Shown: piece by piece, positions 32,223 to 42,907 of the stretch
Layout: each line of letters starts with the position of its first letter
Numbering within the stretch: the first letter of the stretch is position 1
DNA from: Gammaproteobacteria bacterium
GTDB lineage: Bacteria; Pseudomonadota; Gammaproteobacteria; JABHGC01
Assembly (NCBI GenBank): GCA_027077805.1
Contig: JALWTS010000039.1
Coordinates: forward strand, 21,877-85,876
DNA: 64,000 bases
Reading direction: 5' to 3'
The notes under the pieces: model-generated
Told to the model about the DNA's origin: nothing
What the model saw: the letters and a program-made list of their open reading frames with translations, nothing else
Databases searched by the model: none
Position numbers and translations under genes: made by a program

Positions 32223-32549
32223 GTCAGCTTGGGTTTTGTGTTCGCTGATGAGTGAGTTTTATCGTGCTTAAATTATGTTGCCTAATTGGTTTTATGGTTT
32301 TAAGCCTCGTTTAGTGATGAATGATAAAGGAGAAATTATCTCATTCGCCATTACACCAGGTAATGTTTCTTGTCGTTGCTATGGGTGGATAACCTGTTTG
32401 CTTGCTCAGCTTGAGGGTGATGCTTAGGTTTTCGGTGATATCAACTGTTTTTTTATCACTGCGTGCAATAAACTGACTGTTAAAATGCGATTTGCTATGA
32501 CAAAAATGCTTCCGTATCCGTCTGTGTAGAAAATTATTTGTCAGCCATT

Positions 32550-33423
32550 TATCCTTTTTTGGTAGGGGATACTACAATGCCCTCTATCTCCTTAGTAAAC
32601 TTTTCAGTGGCATTGGAAACTACTTTTCTTAAAGTACCCAAGGAACCGTCGATGTTACTATTGATCAGTCGTTCCGTTGATGACTTAAATAACCCACGTT
32701 TCACCCGTTTCCCTAAATAAGCCGCTTGTTTCTCAAGTGTTTCAAAGGAATAGTTACAAAGGTCTGATTGTTTCGCTTACCAATTGACTTTAAGGGTTTC
32801 CCATTAATCAAACAAGTCTGACCATTTGAGATAAAAATAGTGGCTAAGTTATTCACACTTGAATCCATTGACATGACATTTCCATCGATTAATTGACCTT
32901 CAGTCGCTTTTTCATAAGCTGCTTCAATCACATAATATGAATATCTTGGAATGATTCTAACTTGTTGTAACGTTTCTATGACTTTAGAATAGAAATGAAG
33001 GCTAGTCTTGGATAATGATATTAAGCCTTTCTTGAGTTGTTTTTTAGAAATCGCTTGAAGAGTATAAATTAAGATGTTTCTACTATGTTTTTTAGGTTTA
33101 TACTTTGGTAATTTTGGTCGTCCTAAATACTTATTTGGATGCTTTTTCCAATCTTTTATGGTCTTGAAAAACGACATCCAATTTTTGTTTAATAATTTTG
33201 AAACTTGCTGTGGAACCTTGGCGGGTAATGCTTTATAGGTTTCATGTGAGTGCAATAATTTGTCTGATTTTCCATAGCTTGAATGTTCCTTGCTATTAAT
33301 AAAGGTTTGACGAACAACATAATTGGCGTAGTTATATAAATTTTTGGATGAAAATGCCAACTGATCTATCTCTTTAAATAGGGCATGCGACTTATTGATA
33401 ATATGTTGTTCAACTAATTGCAT
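32550..33423 (-). pseudogene. tnpB: IS200/IS605-family TnpB (OrfB) pseudogene, cyanobacterial-type, with an internal deletion of about 80 aa and a frameshift
   Basis: Frame 0 reads NLATIFISNGQTCLINGKPLKSIGKRNNQTFVTIP, joining PLKSI directly to GKRNNQxFVxIP. After the stop at 32713 the -1 frame continues KRVKRGLFKSSTERLINSNIDGSLGTLRKVVSNA (cf. GKRVKRGLYKASNGRLINADVNGSLNILRKVIPNA). The catalytic RuvC-II/III part is missing or broken. Confidence 0.65.
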
Positions 33424-33860
33424 TACTTTACTTCTTTTCGAGTTCTTTGGTTAATTGTTCGGTTTTTCTTTTCGTTCTACGTTGTTCATAAAGACGTGCG
33501 GTAAACAATGTGACTAATGGTACAAAGTCTTTCATTTAATGGCAATAACTCCATATATCTGGCACAAACGTTTCATCGCTGCTTTGGATGTATGGGTTAA
33601 CAGGATTCTTATGACTTTGCTTTCTTTATTCATTGCTTTTTAGTGCTGGTTTTCGTTGGTGATGGGTATCAAATTCAATGCTTCTCGCAAATAGGATTCT
33701 TCAAATTCATTAGTAGGGAAATCTAAATTATCTTCAGGGGAGATTATAACTAATAGCGAGGGCGAATGCAAGCCTGTTGAGGGTTGTGAAGAAAGTTTGA
33801 GATCGAAAAGTATCTGGTATGAGTTGGTTTTTAAATTGGGCTTTGATGGGAAGCCTTGAT

Positions 33861-33869
33861 GGGGGGGGG
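33861..33869. repeat. G9 homopolymeric tract inside a 650-bp AT-rich non-coding spacer
   Basis: gatGGGGGGGGGaaaatacac read directly. It is flanked by the imperfect direct repeats aaatacacaaaaa / aatacacaaaaaa. Confidence 0.9.
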
Positions 33870-34213
33870 AAAATACACAAAAAAATACACAAAAAACACA
33901 GGAGTTTTTGTTTTTTTTCTTTTTATTAATTTTTTCTTTTTTTTATTACACTAACACTAAATACACTAAAGGAAAATTAATTGTTTGTTATCATATAGTT
34001 ACACTATAGTGTTAGATTGGGATTTTTTTTCAATAAGTTTTATTTATAACTAACAATAAAATAATTTATTTTAACTTTTGATAGTAAATACCTAATTTTC
34101 ATAGTAAAGAAATACATTATAACCTAGTCTTATTATTACTTAGTAATATACTGATGAAAAAAATAAATATAAATTAAATTTATCTATAGATAAAATTCGT
34201 TTATATTATCTGC

Positions 34214-36268
34214 TTAGAGTAATTTTTCAGGTTTGGCAAATAAAAAGCCTTGGGCATAGTTAATGCCTATGTTTTGAAGTTTGTTTAATACACTTTGACG
34301 TTCCACTAATTTTGCTACAACATCAATGCCCATAAATTGACTGATTTTAAAAATGGACTCTACCATGGCATAGTCAATGGGGTCAGTGTCAATATTTTTG
34401 ATAAAAGCACCGTCGATTTTTAGAAAATCAAATGGCAAATATTTTAGATAAGCAAAGGAAGCTAAACCTGTCCCAAAATCATCTAAAGCAAATAAAAAGC
34501 CTTCTTGTTTTAAAATTTCTAAAAATCGAGTAGTATTTTCTAGGTCAGTTACTACGGTTGTTTCTGCAAGTTCAAAACAAACTTTATTGGTAGGAATATC
34601 ATAGTGTTCAAGTTGTTCCAAAATAAATTGGGCAAATTCGGGAGTAATAGAATGTTCAGAAAGATTAATACTACATGAATATAGTTGATCTAAGCTCGAA
34701 TCTTGGGTTAAATGGTGAAAAACTGTTTTAATTACCCATTTCTCAATATCAACTAATAAATTTTGTCTTTCGGCAATGGCTAAAAAGGAACTAGGAGAAA
34801 TATATTGTCCGTGATTGTCAGGCATGCGTAGTAATATTTCATAAAATACTCCCCGATTCTCGGTTTCTTTAATGGGGACGACTCTTTGATAATTAAGTTC
34901 TAATATATTATTTTCTAAAGCATTTTTTATTTGAGTAATAAATGTTTTATCCACACTCTCTGAGGTAGTGGTTTCCGATTGTTCTTGATAAACTTGCACA
35001 CAATTTCGCCCTGCATTTTTAGCCGCATAGCAAGCAGTATCTGCTTGATTTATTATGTCTGAAACTTTTTGAGGACTGTATTGATCAATGAGTGTTAATC
35101 CAATACTGACACCAATTTGAAAACTACGATTTTCCCAAACAAATAAAAATTCTTCGACTAATTCTCTTAGATTATCGGCAACCTGAATTGCCCCTCTTAG
35201 TGAACAATTCATTAATAATACTGCAAATTCATCGCCTCCTAAACGAGCAATGGTGTCTTCTTTTCTAACTTTTCTTCTAAATAAAGAGGTTACTTGACGC
35301 AATAATTGATCGCCTGCTAAATGACCACAGCTATCATTAACAATTTTAAATCGATCTAAATCCATAAATAAAACAGCATGTTCCGTTGTATTTTGTTTGG
35401 ATAAATATAACGCTTGTTCCAAACGTTGTTCAAATTCACGTCGGTTAATCAACCCTGTTAAAGCATCATGACTAGCATGAAAAATAATTTGTTTGGCAAG
35501 TTTACGTTCTTGGGTAACATCATGTAAGACAACAACTATTCCTGCAACTTTGTTATTGTTCCTGATAATGGTGGTGGTATTTTTGATGTTGATTTCACTA
35601 CTATCTTTGCGCACTAAAATCGCATGTTCGTCTAGGTGTCCTACTTGACCTTTTTGTAAACATTGTTTAAATAAATCATCCATCCATTGACGATCTCGTT
35701 CATTCAGTACTCGAAATACCGTTTGTAATTGTAGCCCTTTGGCTTGTTGATATAGCCATCCTGTCAGTTCTTCTGCCGCAGGATTAAGATACTCAATTTT
35801 TCCTTGAGCATTAGTGGTAATAACACCATCTCCAATCGAATCTAAGGTAACTTGGGCTTTTTCTTTTTCTTTAACTAAGTCTTCTTCTGCTTGTTTTAGT
35901 TTTAAGATATAAGAAATTTGGTTGCGTAAAATATCCCAATTGATAGGTTTGGTAACGTAATCTACTGCCCCTGCTTCAAAGGCTCGATCGACTAAATTAA
36001 CATCATTATGACCTGTGACCATGATAACAGGCGTATTATCTTGAGGATATTGTGTTTTGATTTCAGCACAGGCGGAAATGCCATCTAAAACTGGCATATC
36101 GGCATCCATTAGTATTAAATCAGGGTGATGTTTAGAAAAAATTTCTAAGGCTTGTTGACCATCTTCTGCTTCAAGTACAGTATAACCTTCTTTACTAAGT
36201 GATTCCATTAACATAATGCGAGTTAAAGGTAAATCATCTACTACTAAAACATTAGCACTCATGGTCAT
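34214..36268 (-). CDS. response regulator REC-PAS-GGDEF-EAL (c-di-GMP turnover)
   Basis: REC (LVVDDLP...DADMPVLDG), PAS, GGDEF (RLGGDEFAVLL), EAL set (EILLR, ELAETT, DDFGTG, KIDGAFI). Confidence 0.85.
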   Translation of the reverse strand: MTMSANVLVVDDLPLTRIMLMESLSKEGYTVLEAEDGQQALEIFSKHHPDLILMDADMPVLDGISACAEIKTQYPQDNTPVIMVTGHNDVNLVDRAFEAGAVDYVTKPINWDILRNQISYILKLKQAEEDLVKEKEKAQVTLDSIGDGVITTNAQGKIEYLNPAAEELTGWLYQQAKGLQLQTVFRVLNERDRQWMDDLFKQCLQKGQVGHLDEHAILVRKDSSEINIKNTTTIIRNNNKVAGIVVVLHDVTQERKLAKQIIFHASHDALTGLINRREFEQRLEQALYLSKQNTTEHAVLFMDLDRFKIVNDSCGHLAGDQLLRQVTSLFRRKVRKEDTIARLGGDEFAVLLMNCSLRGAIQVADNLRELVEEFLFVWENRSFQIGVSIGLTLIDQYSPQKVSDIINQADTACYAAKNAGRNCVQVYQEQSETTTSESVDKTFITQIKNALENNILELNYQRVVPIKETENRGVFYEILLRMPDNHGQYISPSSFLAIAERQNLLVDIEKWVIKTVFHHLTQDSSLDQLYSCSINLSEHSITPEFAQFILEQLEHYDIPTNKVCFELAETTVVTDLENTTRFLEILKQEGFLFALDDFGTGLASFAYLKYLPFDFLKIDGAFIKNIDTDPIDYAMVESIFKISQFMGIDVVAKLVERQSVLNKLQNIGINYAQGFLFAKPEKLL

Positions 36269-36296
36269 TTATTCCTATGATGTTATGTATAATTGA

Positions 36297-39029
36297 TTAT
36301 TTTATAGTATCATTTTGATATTCATTTAACACCAGCAAAACTTGCTTGATAGTTTCTTCCATCTCTTTCCTAATCATATCAAATTGTTCTGATTTTTGAT
36401 GGATTGCAAGATTTTCTAACTGTTGACACTGTTCCGCTAATAGTTGAGCTCCTATTTGTTTACAACCACCTTTTAATTGATGACTGGCTCGTTTGATTTT
36501 GAGATAGTCTCGTTCGGCTATCACTTGTTTTAACACTTGTAATTGCTGTGGTAAATAACGTAAAAATTCCTGAACCATTTTGTCAACAATACTTTGTCCT
36601 AAACTCTGTTTTAATTGTAAAAGTATGGTTTTGTCAATGACAGGTTTGTGATTGATTTTAGGGTTTAACCAGTGCAATAAGGTTTCACGCAATTTACTTA
36701 AGGAGATAGGTTTACTGATGTGAGCATCCATTCCAACTTCAAAACTTTTTGCTTGATATTCAGGCAAAGCATGTGCGGTCATTGCTATAATAGGCAAACG
36801 AGATAATGCTTTTTGTTGTTCATATTTTCTAATTTCAATAGTAGCTTGATAACCATCCATTTCAGGCATTTCACAATCCATAATCACTAAATCATATTGG
36901 TTTTGCTTGACTGCCTCAAGTGCTGTTTTGCCATTATCAACAATATCCATTTCACATTTCAATGCTTTTAACATACCTCGAATGACAATTTGATTCATTG
37001 CATTATCTTCTGCGACTAAGATTTTGCTTTCTGTTGGCATTTGATCGGCGACATTTAAATCTTCAATGGTTGGTTCTGATGGTATTTGAGGTTTATTAGG
37101 GCGTTGGCTTAAAGTATCCGTAATAATTTGGTAAAGTTTGATTGGTGAAATTGGTTTTGTTAAATAACCATGAATGCCAAATTGCTCAGAACGTTGATAA
37201 TCAATCATATAATCTACAGAGGTTAATAAAATTAAAGGACAACTCAGTAATTTGTTTTGTCTAATAGTATTAATTAATTCTAAACCATTATAATCGGGCA
37301 TATTATAGTCAATAATCGCTAAACCAAATTGATATTGCTTTATAATTTCAAGTGCTTGTTCAGCACTTTCAGCAAGTTGGCAGGTACTTCCCCATTGATA
37401 TAATAGTTTTTCTAAAATAAAACCTTGGCTTTTATTGTCATCAACGACCAACACATGTAATTTTTGAAAATGTCTCAAATCTAAGGTATTATTTTTTTGT
37501 TCGGCAATATATTCTAAGTTTAATGTAAACCAGAAAATACTTCCTTCACCAACAACACTTTTTATACCAATTTCTCCTTCCATTTTTTCGACTAATTGAC
37601 GAGTAATCGATAATCCCAAGCCAGTTCCACCATATTTACGAGTAAAGCTATCATCAACTTGACGAAACATTTCAAACAAATGTGCTTGATCTTCCAACGT
37701 AATACCAATACCCGTATCTTGTACTTCAAAATGTAATTCTACTTGCTTGTCAGATTTATGTTGACAATCAATGGATACGATAACTTGACCATCTGTTGTA
37801 AATTTAATGGCATTACTTACAAGATTAACTAGGATTTGACGAATTTTGCCAGCATCCCCTTTTAAATTTAAAGGGACATCAACCGCAATGTCTTGCATTA
37901 ATTCCAAACCTTTGCGTTCTGCTAGGGTTGCAAACATATTAAGCACTTCATCAATCATTTCTTGTAGTTGAAATGTTTCAATATCTAATCGGAGTTTTCC
38001 AGCTTCTAATTTTGAAAAATCGAGAATATCATTGGTAATACTAAGTAGGATTTTGCTAGAATTTTGCAATATTTTGACATAAACTTGTTGTTGTTCAGTT
38101 AATTGGGTGGTAAGTAATAAATCTGTCATGCCAAACATACCATTCATTGGTGTGCGAATCTCGTGGCTCATTTTTGCTAAAAATTCACTTTTAGCTTTAC
38201 TTGCTGCTTCCGCAAGTTCTTTTGCTTGACGTAGTTCATTTTCAACTTTTTCTCTGGCATCAATATTGTCTTTTAATTGTTGGTTAGATGCTTGTAGTGC
38301 GGCGGTACGATTAGAAACACGATTTTCTAATTCGTGATGGGCTTGTTGTAATCTTGCAATATAAATCTCTAATCTATCCGCCATGTCGTCAAAGGTACGA
38401 CTAAGATGAGCGACTTCATCTTTTCCTGAAAATCCCACTCGAATACTTAAATTACCTTGGGAAAAATGTTTGGCAACATGGGTAAGTTTTTCTAAACGTC
38501 TAGTGAGTAAAAAACCAATGACTAGACCGAAAATCGCAACAAATCCAATACCTGTTATTGCTAAAATAATGGAATCATGGCGAATTTTTTCCATTGATCG
38601 TACTAAGATAACATTAGAAAATTGTACGGCTAATATGCCAATTTTTTGAGAGTGATAAGTAATTTTTCTAACTCGCCAAAACTGACTGTTATTATCACTT
38701 AATAAGGGTAATTTAGAGCCTATTTGCGAAAAATCACTACTCGCAACGATTTGATTTTTCCAATCAGCAATCAATACATTCAGTACATTAGGATCGGCAG
38801 CAATGGGTTGAATAAATTTTTGTAATTCATGGTATTCACCATCAAATAATGTATTACGGATGGAATAACTGAGCAAATCTAAGACAATATTTTGGTTGGC
38901 AATCATTTGTTGATATCCCTCTTGATACGAAAGGGATAGAATACGCCATAAAATCAACAGAATAATTAATACTTGTACGATGAAAATGGTAACGGCAATA
39001 CGATAGCGTAATGAAAATCGGATATTCAT
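36297..39029 (-). CDS. hybrid sensor histidine kinase: periplasmic sensor-TM-HAMP-HisKA-HATPase-REC-REC-Hpt
   Basis: H box [13 protein letters not shown] boxes GGTGLGLSI, two receivers (VLVVDDN...DYNMPDYNG; ILVAEDN...DCEMPEMDG), Hpt SHQLKGG. Confidence 0.85.
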   Translation of the reverse strand: MNIRFSLRYRIAVTIFIVQVLIILLILWRILSLSYQEGYQQMIANQNIVLDLLSYSIRNTLFDGEYHELQKFIQPIAADPNVLNVLIADWKNQIVASSDFSQIGSKLPLLSDNNSQFWRVRKITYHSQKIGILAVQFSNVILVRSMEKIRHDSIILAITGIGFVAIFGLVIGFLLTRRLEKLTHVAKHFSQGNLSIRVGFSGKDEVAHLSRTFDDMADRLEIYIARLQQAHHELENRVSNRTAALQASNQQLKDNIDAREKVENELRQAKELAEAASKAKSEFLAKMSHEIRTPMNGMFGMTDLLLTTQLTEQQQVYVKILQNSSKILLSITNDILDFSKLEAGKLRLDIETFQLQEMIDEVLNMFATLAERKGLELMQDIAVDVPLNLKGDAGKIRQILVNLVSNAIKFTTDGQVIVSIDCQHKSDKQVELHFEVQDTGIGITLEDQAHLFEMFRQVDDSFTRKYGGTGLGLSITRQLVEKMEGEIGIKSVVGEGSIFWFTLNLEYIAEQKNNTLDLRHFQKLHVLVVDDNKSQGFILEKLLYQWGSTCQLAESAEQALEIIKQYQFGLAIIDYNMPDYNGLELINTIRQNKLLSCPLILLTSVDYMIDYQRSEQFGIHGYLTKPISPIKLYQIITDTLSQRPNKPQIPSEPTIEDLNVADQMPTESKILVAEDNAMNQIVIRGMLKALKCEMDIVDNGKTALEAVKQNQYDLVIMDCEMPEMDGYQATIEIRKYEQQKALSRLPIIAMTAHALPEYQAKSFEVGMDAHISKPISLSKLRETLLHWLNPKINHKPVIDKTILLQLKQSLGQSIVDKMVQEFLRYLPQQLQVLKQVIAERDYLKIKRASHQLKGGCKQIGAQLLAEQCQQLENLAIHQKSEQFDMIRKEMEETIKQVLLVLNEYQNDTIK

Positions 39030-40072
39030 AATTGTATGGATTGATTACGCCCTTGATTTTTTGCTTGATACAATGCTTTATCTGCCCGATCAAATGCTGT
39101 CGCAATTTCATCTTTAGATGTAAATTCAGTAATCCCAAATGATAGGGTTATGGGTATGGTATGGTTTTGATAACAAAAAGGTTTTTGAAAAATTTTGGTT
39201 CGCATTTTTTCCATCACTGGAAATGCAACTGTTTTCGGTGTTTCTACTAAAATAATAACAAATTCTTCACCGCCATAACGAGCGACAAAATCGGTTTTAC
39301 GAAAGCTGCGGTTTAATAAACTTGCAATATAACATAATGCTTGATCCCCTACTTGATGGCCATAAGTATCATTGATATTTTTAAAATAATCAATATCGCA
39401 AATCGCTAAAGATAAATGGTTTTGATAACGCTTCCAACGGCTAAATTCTTCCACTATTTTTTCGTTATACGCTAAACGATTAGGTAAACCTGTTAAAATA
39501 TCGAGATAAGCCTTTTTTTGTTCTAGTTGTAAATAAATTCTTAGTTGTTGTGCTTCGATTTCTAGGGTTTGTAGTTTTTCAGTTAACTCATTAAGTTGCG
39601 TTTGGGTTGATTGTGATTGTTGTTCACTATAGGCTAATTGTTGCATTAATGAACTGCGAATAGATTGTAGTTTGTGGCTAAGTTGTTGTTTAATTATTTC
39701 AGGTTGTAGCTTGATTTCATCATCAAGTTCTTCGACTTGCTCATAAACTGATTGGTATAGCTCAGAACAATCGGAAACGGATAGTTGCCATTGTTTATGT
39801 GAGAGTGCTAATTGTTGCTCAATTTCTTGTAAATATTGATTGAGATGGTTAAAAAATTGTTCTAAATTTGCTTTTTCTAAAGAATTTTGATCATATTGTT
39901 GTTGGATTAATTGAATAATTTCAGATAATACATAAAACCAATTGTCTTCGGAGTCATTATTAATTAATAACTGTTTATACTGATGAAATTGGGTTTGTAT
40001 CGATTGTGGTAGAGAAAGTTGATCCAATAAGTTTACAAATTGTTGACTGATTTTTAGCATTTTACTATTCAC
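39026..40072 (-). CDS. cytoplasmic coiled-coil-GGDEF diguanylate cyclase with I-site
   Basis: RYGGEEFVIIL (GGEEF) with RKTD (RxxD) 5 residues upstream. No TM segment. 4-nt overlap with the downstream HK. Confidence 0.8.
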   Translation of the reverse strand: MNSKMLKISQQFVNLLDQLSLPQSIQTQFHQYKQLLINNDSEDNWFYVLSEIIQLIQQQYDQNSLEKANLEQFFNHLNQYLQEIEQQLALSHKQWQLSVSDCSELYQSVYEQVEELDDEIKLQPEIIKQQLSHKLQSIRSSLMQQLAYSEQQSQSTQTQLNELTEKLQTLEIEAQQLRIYLQLEQKKAYLDILTGLPNRLAYNEKIVEEFSRWKRYQNHLSLAICDIDYFKNINDTYGHQVGDQALCYIASLLNRSFRKTDFVARYGGEEFVIILVETPKTVAFPVMEKMRTKIFQKPFCYQNHTIPITLSFGITEFTSKDEIATAFDRADKALYQAKNQGRNQSIQL

Positions 40073-40193
40073 ACGGTAAATTCATCACTTTACATTTAGC
40101 ATAATCTAATTTTTACAGTTTTGTTACTAATTTAACGACACTCTATATTATTTTAATAACACTTTAATTAAAAGTGATCTTGATTAATACGAG

Positions 40194-40763
40194 TTATTTA
40201 GAATAGACTAACTTCAATAGCTTAGAATCAATTTTTAGTCCAACTTTACGAGCGGCTTTGACATTAATATAAAAACGCAGTCGGTTAAGGATATTGATAA
40301 ATCCAATCATTCCTCCTTTTTGGGTAAAATCTTCCGTTTCACCTACCGTTAAAATTGGATATTTTCTGGTTTTGGCTAAGATGCTCGGTAGCTGGTTTTC
40401 CATTGACACAGCAATAAATAAGATTTGGCATTGAGGCAATTGTTGGAGTTCGCTGAGTTTTAGAGATAAAATATTGATTTTACGGTATTTAATGCTTTTA
40501 TCTTGCAATTGGTTTTTCATTACAATATCATGTTGTTTCATGCCCAAAAGACAGAGAGTCATAGCTTGTTTAGGTGAATACCAAACAAATTTAGGCCATT
40601 GCACAAAACGAGCGAAATTATAGAGAAACTTCGCTTTGAGTTGGTATTCTGATACTAACACATTTGCTTTAACTTCTAAAGCGTAAAAGCAGAAAACCAA
40701 AGATAATATAATAAGACATTTATATTTAATCACAACCCTGACTAATATCCATAAAATTGCCAA
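40194..40763 (-). CDS. DUF4154 (YfiR-like) periplasmic protein
   Basis: Signal peptide plus the KAKFLYNFARFVQWP motif characteristic of DUF4154/YfiR. Heads the GGDEF-HK operon. Confidence 0.6.
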   Translation of the reverse strand: MAILWILVRVVIKYKCLIILSLVFCFYALEVKANVLVSEYQLKAKFLYNFARFVQWPKFVWYSPKQAMTLCLLGMKQHDIVMKNQLQDKSIKYRKINILSLKLSELQQLPQCQILFIAVSMENQLPSILAKTRKYPILTVGETEDFTQKGGMIGFINILNRLRFYINVKAARKVGLKIDSKLLKLVYSK

Positions 40764-41016
40764 TCACGAATTTAAAGTTATGTCGGGTGTTTAACTAATT
40801 AATAGGTCAGCATATGCCAAATTAGAACAATATTCAAGATTTTATTAAATAACTTGTTATTCTAGGAAAAATACCCGTAATTTTTAATATTTTTTTTTAT
40901 GAAAATTTTCAATTTGTTTTACATGACAATTAGTGATATTTTATTATCATTAATTTAATTGGATAATGACATGCTACTTATCCAAACCAAGTTTTGATTT
41001 TATTGAAGATTAAAAA

Positions 41017-42762
41017 ATGTATGCAACATTAACAACACTATTTCCTTTCTTAATATGGTTTAAATTAGTAAACAAAGCATCTATTAAAGCCGATTTTATA
41101 GCAGGCTTAACAGGGGCTGTCATTGTACTACCACAAGGGGTTGCGTTTGCAACCATTGCAGGACTACCCCCAGAGTATGGTTTATATACGGCAATGGTAA
41201 CACCTATTATTGCCGCATTATTTGGCTCCTCCTATCATTTAGTATCAGGACCAACTACTGCGATTTCAATTGTCGTATTTTCAGCCATTAGTCATCATGC
41301 AAGCGTTGGTTCACCTGAATTTGTATCTTTAGCCCTGACCTTAACATTTTTGGCAGGTGTTTATCAATTGGCATTTGGTATTGCTCGTTTGGGATCATTA
41401 GTAAATTTTGTTTCTCATACGGTTGTCATCGGTTTTACCGCAGGTGCAGCAATTTTAATTGCCACCAGTCAATTAAAACATATTACTGGCATAGCGATAC
41501 CCAAAGGCGAATCATTTTTACATACATGGCTAGATTTACTTATGGGAATTGCTGATGTTAACCTTTATTTGGTTGCGATTGCACTGATTACCATGTTGAC
41601 AGCAATAATGAGTAAAAAACTTTTACCAAAATCGCCTAATTTATTATTGGGTATGATTGCAGGGAGTATTGTTGCATTGTATTTTCAGACATTAACGGAT
41701 GATATAAAACTAGTAGGTGCTATCCCAGCACATTTACCCCCACTATCCATGCCAAATTTTTCAATGGAAACCATAAGAATGCTCGCACCAGAAGCCTTTG
41801 CTGTTGCATTACTCGGATTGATTGAAGCCGTTTCTATTAGTCGAGCGGTTGCGACGAAATCTAAACAGCGGATTAATGCGAATCAAGAATTTATTGGACA
41901 GGGTCTGTCTAATATTTTTGGCAGTTTTTTATCCAGTTACGCAGGTTCAGGGTCGTTTACTCGATCAGGGATTAACTATGAAGCAGGGGCAAAAACCCCC
42001 CTTTCTGCTATTTTTGCAGCACTTACTTTAATGGGGATTGTCTTATTAATCGCACCATTGACCGCTTATTTACCCATTGCTGCGATGGGCGGTGTCATTT
42101 TGTTGGTAGCATATAACTTAATTAATTTTCATCATATTAAAAAAATATTACGTTTTAGTAGGTCCGAATCCGCTGTTTTACTGACCACTTTTTTTGCCAC
42201 CTTATTTCTTGAATTAGAATTTGCAATTTATTTAGGGGTATTGCTATCGTTGGTTTTGTTTTTAGCCAAAACCTCTACACCTAGGATGCCTAGTTTATCG
42301 GTTGATCCTGATAATGATACTAGAAATTTAATTAATGTTAAGAAAAAACCTATTGAACAATGTCCACAGCTTAAAATCATCCGAATTGATATGTCGATTT
42401 ATTTTGGTTCAATTAATCATATTCAAAAACGTATCAGCCAAATTGCAGATAAAGAAGGAATTTACCATATTTTAATCGTTGCATCAGGTATTAATTTTAT
42501 TGATTTAGCAGGTTCTGAAGCCTTAGTTGCTGAAAATGATTATTTAAAACACAAAGGAGGTGGTTTGTATTTTGTGGGTTTAAAATCCACTGTGTATGAA
42601 TTTGCAGCAGAATCTTGTTTGATTAAAAGTATTGGTAACGATCATTTTTTTGATAGCAAAAAGGATGCGATCAATAGTATTTATCAGCGTTTAGATAAAC
42701 GTATTTGTCAGCAATGTCAGTTTAGGATTTTTAGGGAATGTGCTGAGAACGAACGGCAGTAG
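41017..42762 (+). CDS. SulP-family anion transporter with C-terminal STAS domain
   Basis: SulP core (GLTGAVIVLPQGVAFATIAGLPPEYGLY) and a STAS-like C-terminus, plus a short Cys-rich tail (CQQCQFRIFRECAENE). Confidence 0.85.
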   Translation: MYATLTTLFPFLIWFKLVNKASIKADFIAGLTGAVIVLPQGVAFATIAGLPPEYGLYTAMVTPIIAALFGSSYHLVSGPTTAISIVVFSAISHHASVGSPEFVSLALTLTFLAGVYQLAFGIARLGSLVNFVSHTVVIGFTAGAAILIATSQLKHITGIAIPKGESFLHTWLDLLMGIADVNLYLVAIALITMLTAIMSKKLLPKSPNLLLGMIAGSIVALYFQTLTDDIKLVGAIPAHLPPLSMPNFSMETIRMLAPEAFAVALLGLIEAVSISRAVATKSKQRINANQEFIGQGLSNIFGSFLSSYAGSGSFTRSGINYEAGAKTPLSAIFAALTLMGIVLLIAPLTAYLPIAAMGGVILLVAYNLINFHHIKKILRFSRSESAVLLTTFFATLFLELEFAIYLGVLLSLVLFLAKTSTPRMPSLSVDPDNDTRNLINVKKKPIEQCPQLKIIRIDMSIYFGSINHIQKRISQIADKEGIYHILIVASGINFIDLAGSEALVAENDYLKHKGGGLYFVGLKSTVYEFAAESCLIKSIGNDHFFDSKKDAINSIYQRLDKRICQQCQFRIFRECAENERQ

Positions 42763-42907
42763 ATTAAGTATTGTATAATGTTGTTAATCACCTAATCCTT
42801 GGTATAAATCATGGTAATAATCATACCTTAGGCAAGGTTGTCATGATTATCTACCATAATTCAAAATAATTAAAACAAACTATCTTATCTATTTTCAGGA
42901 GAAAAAT

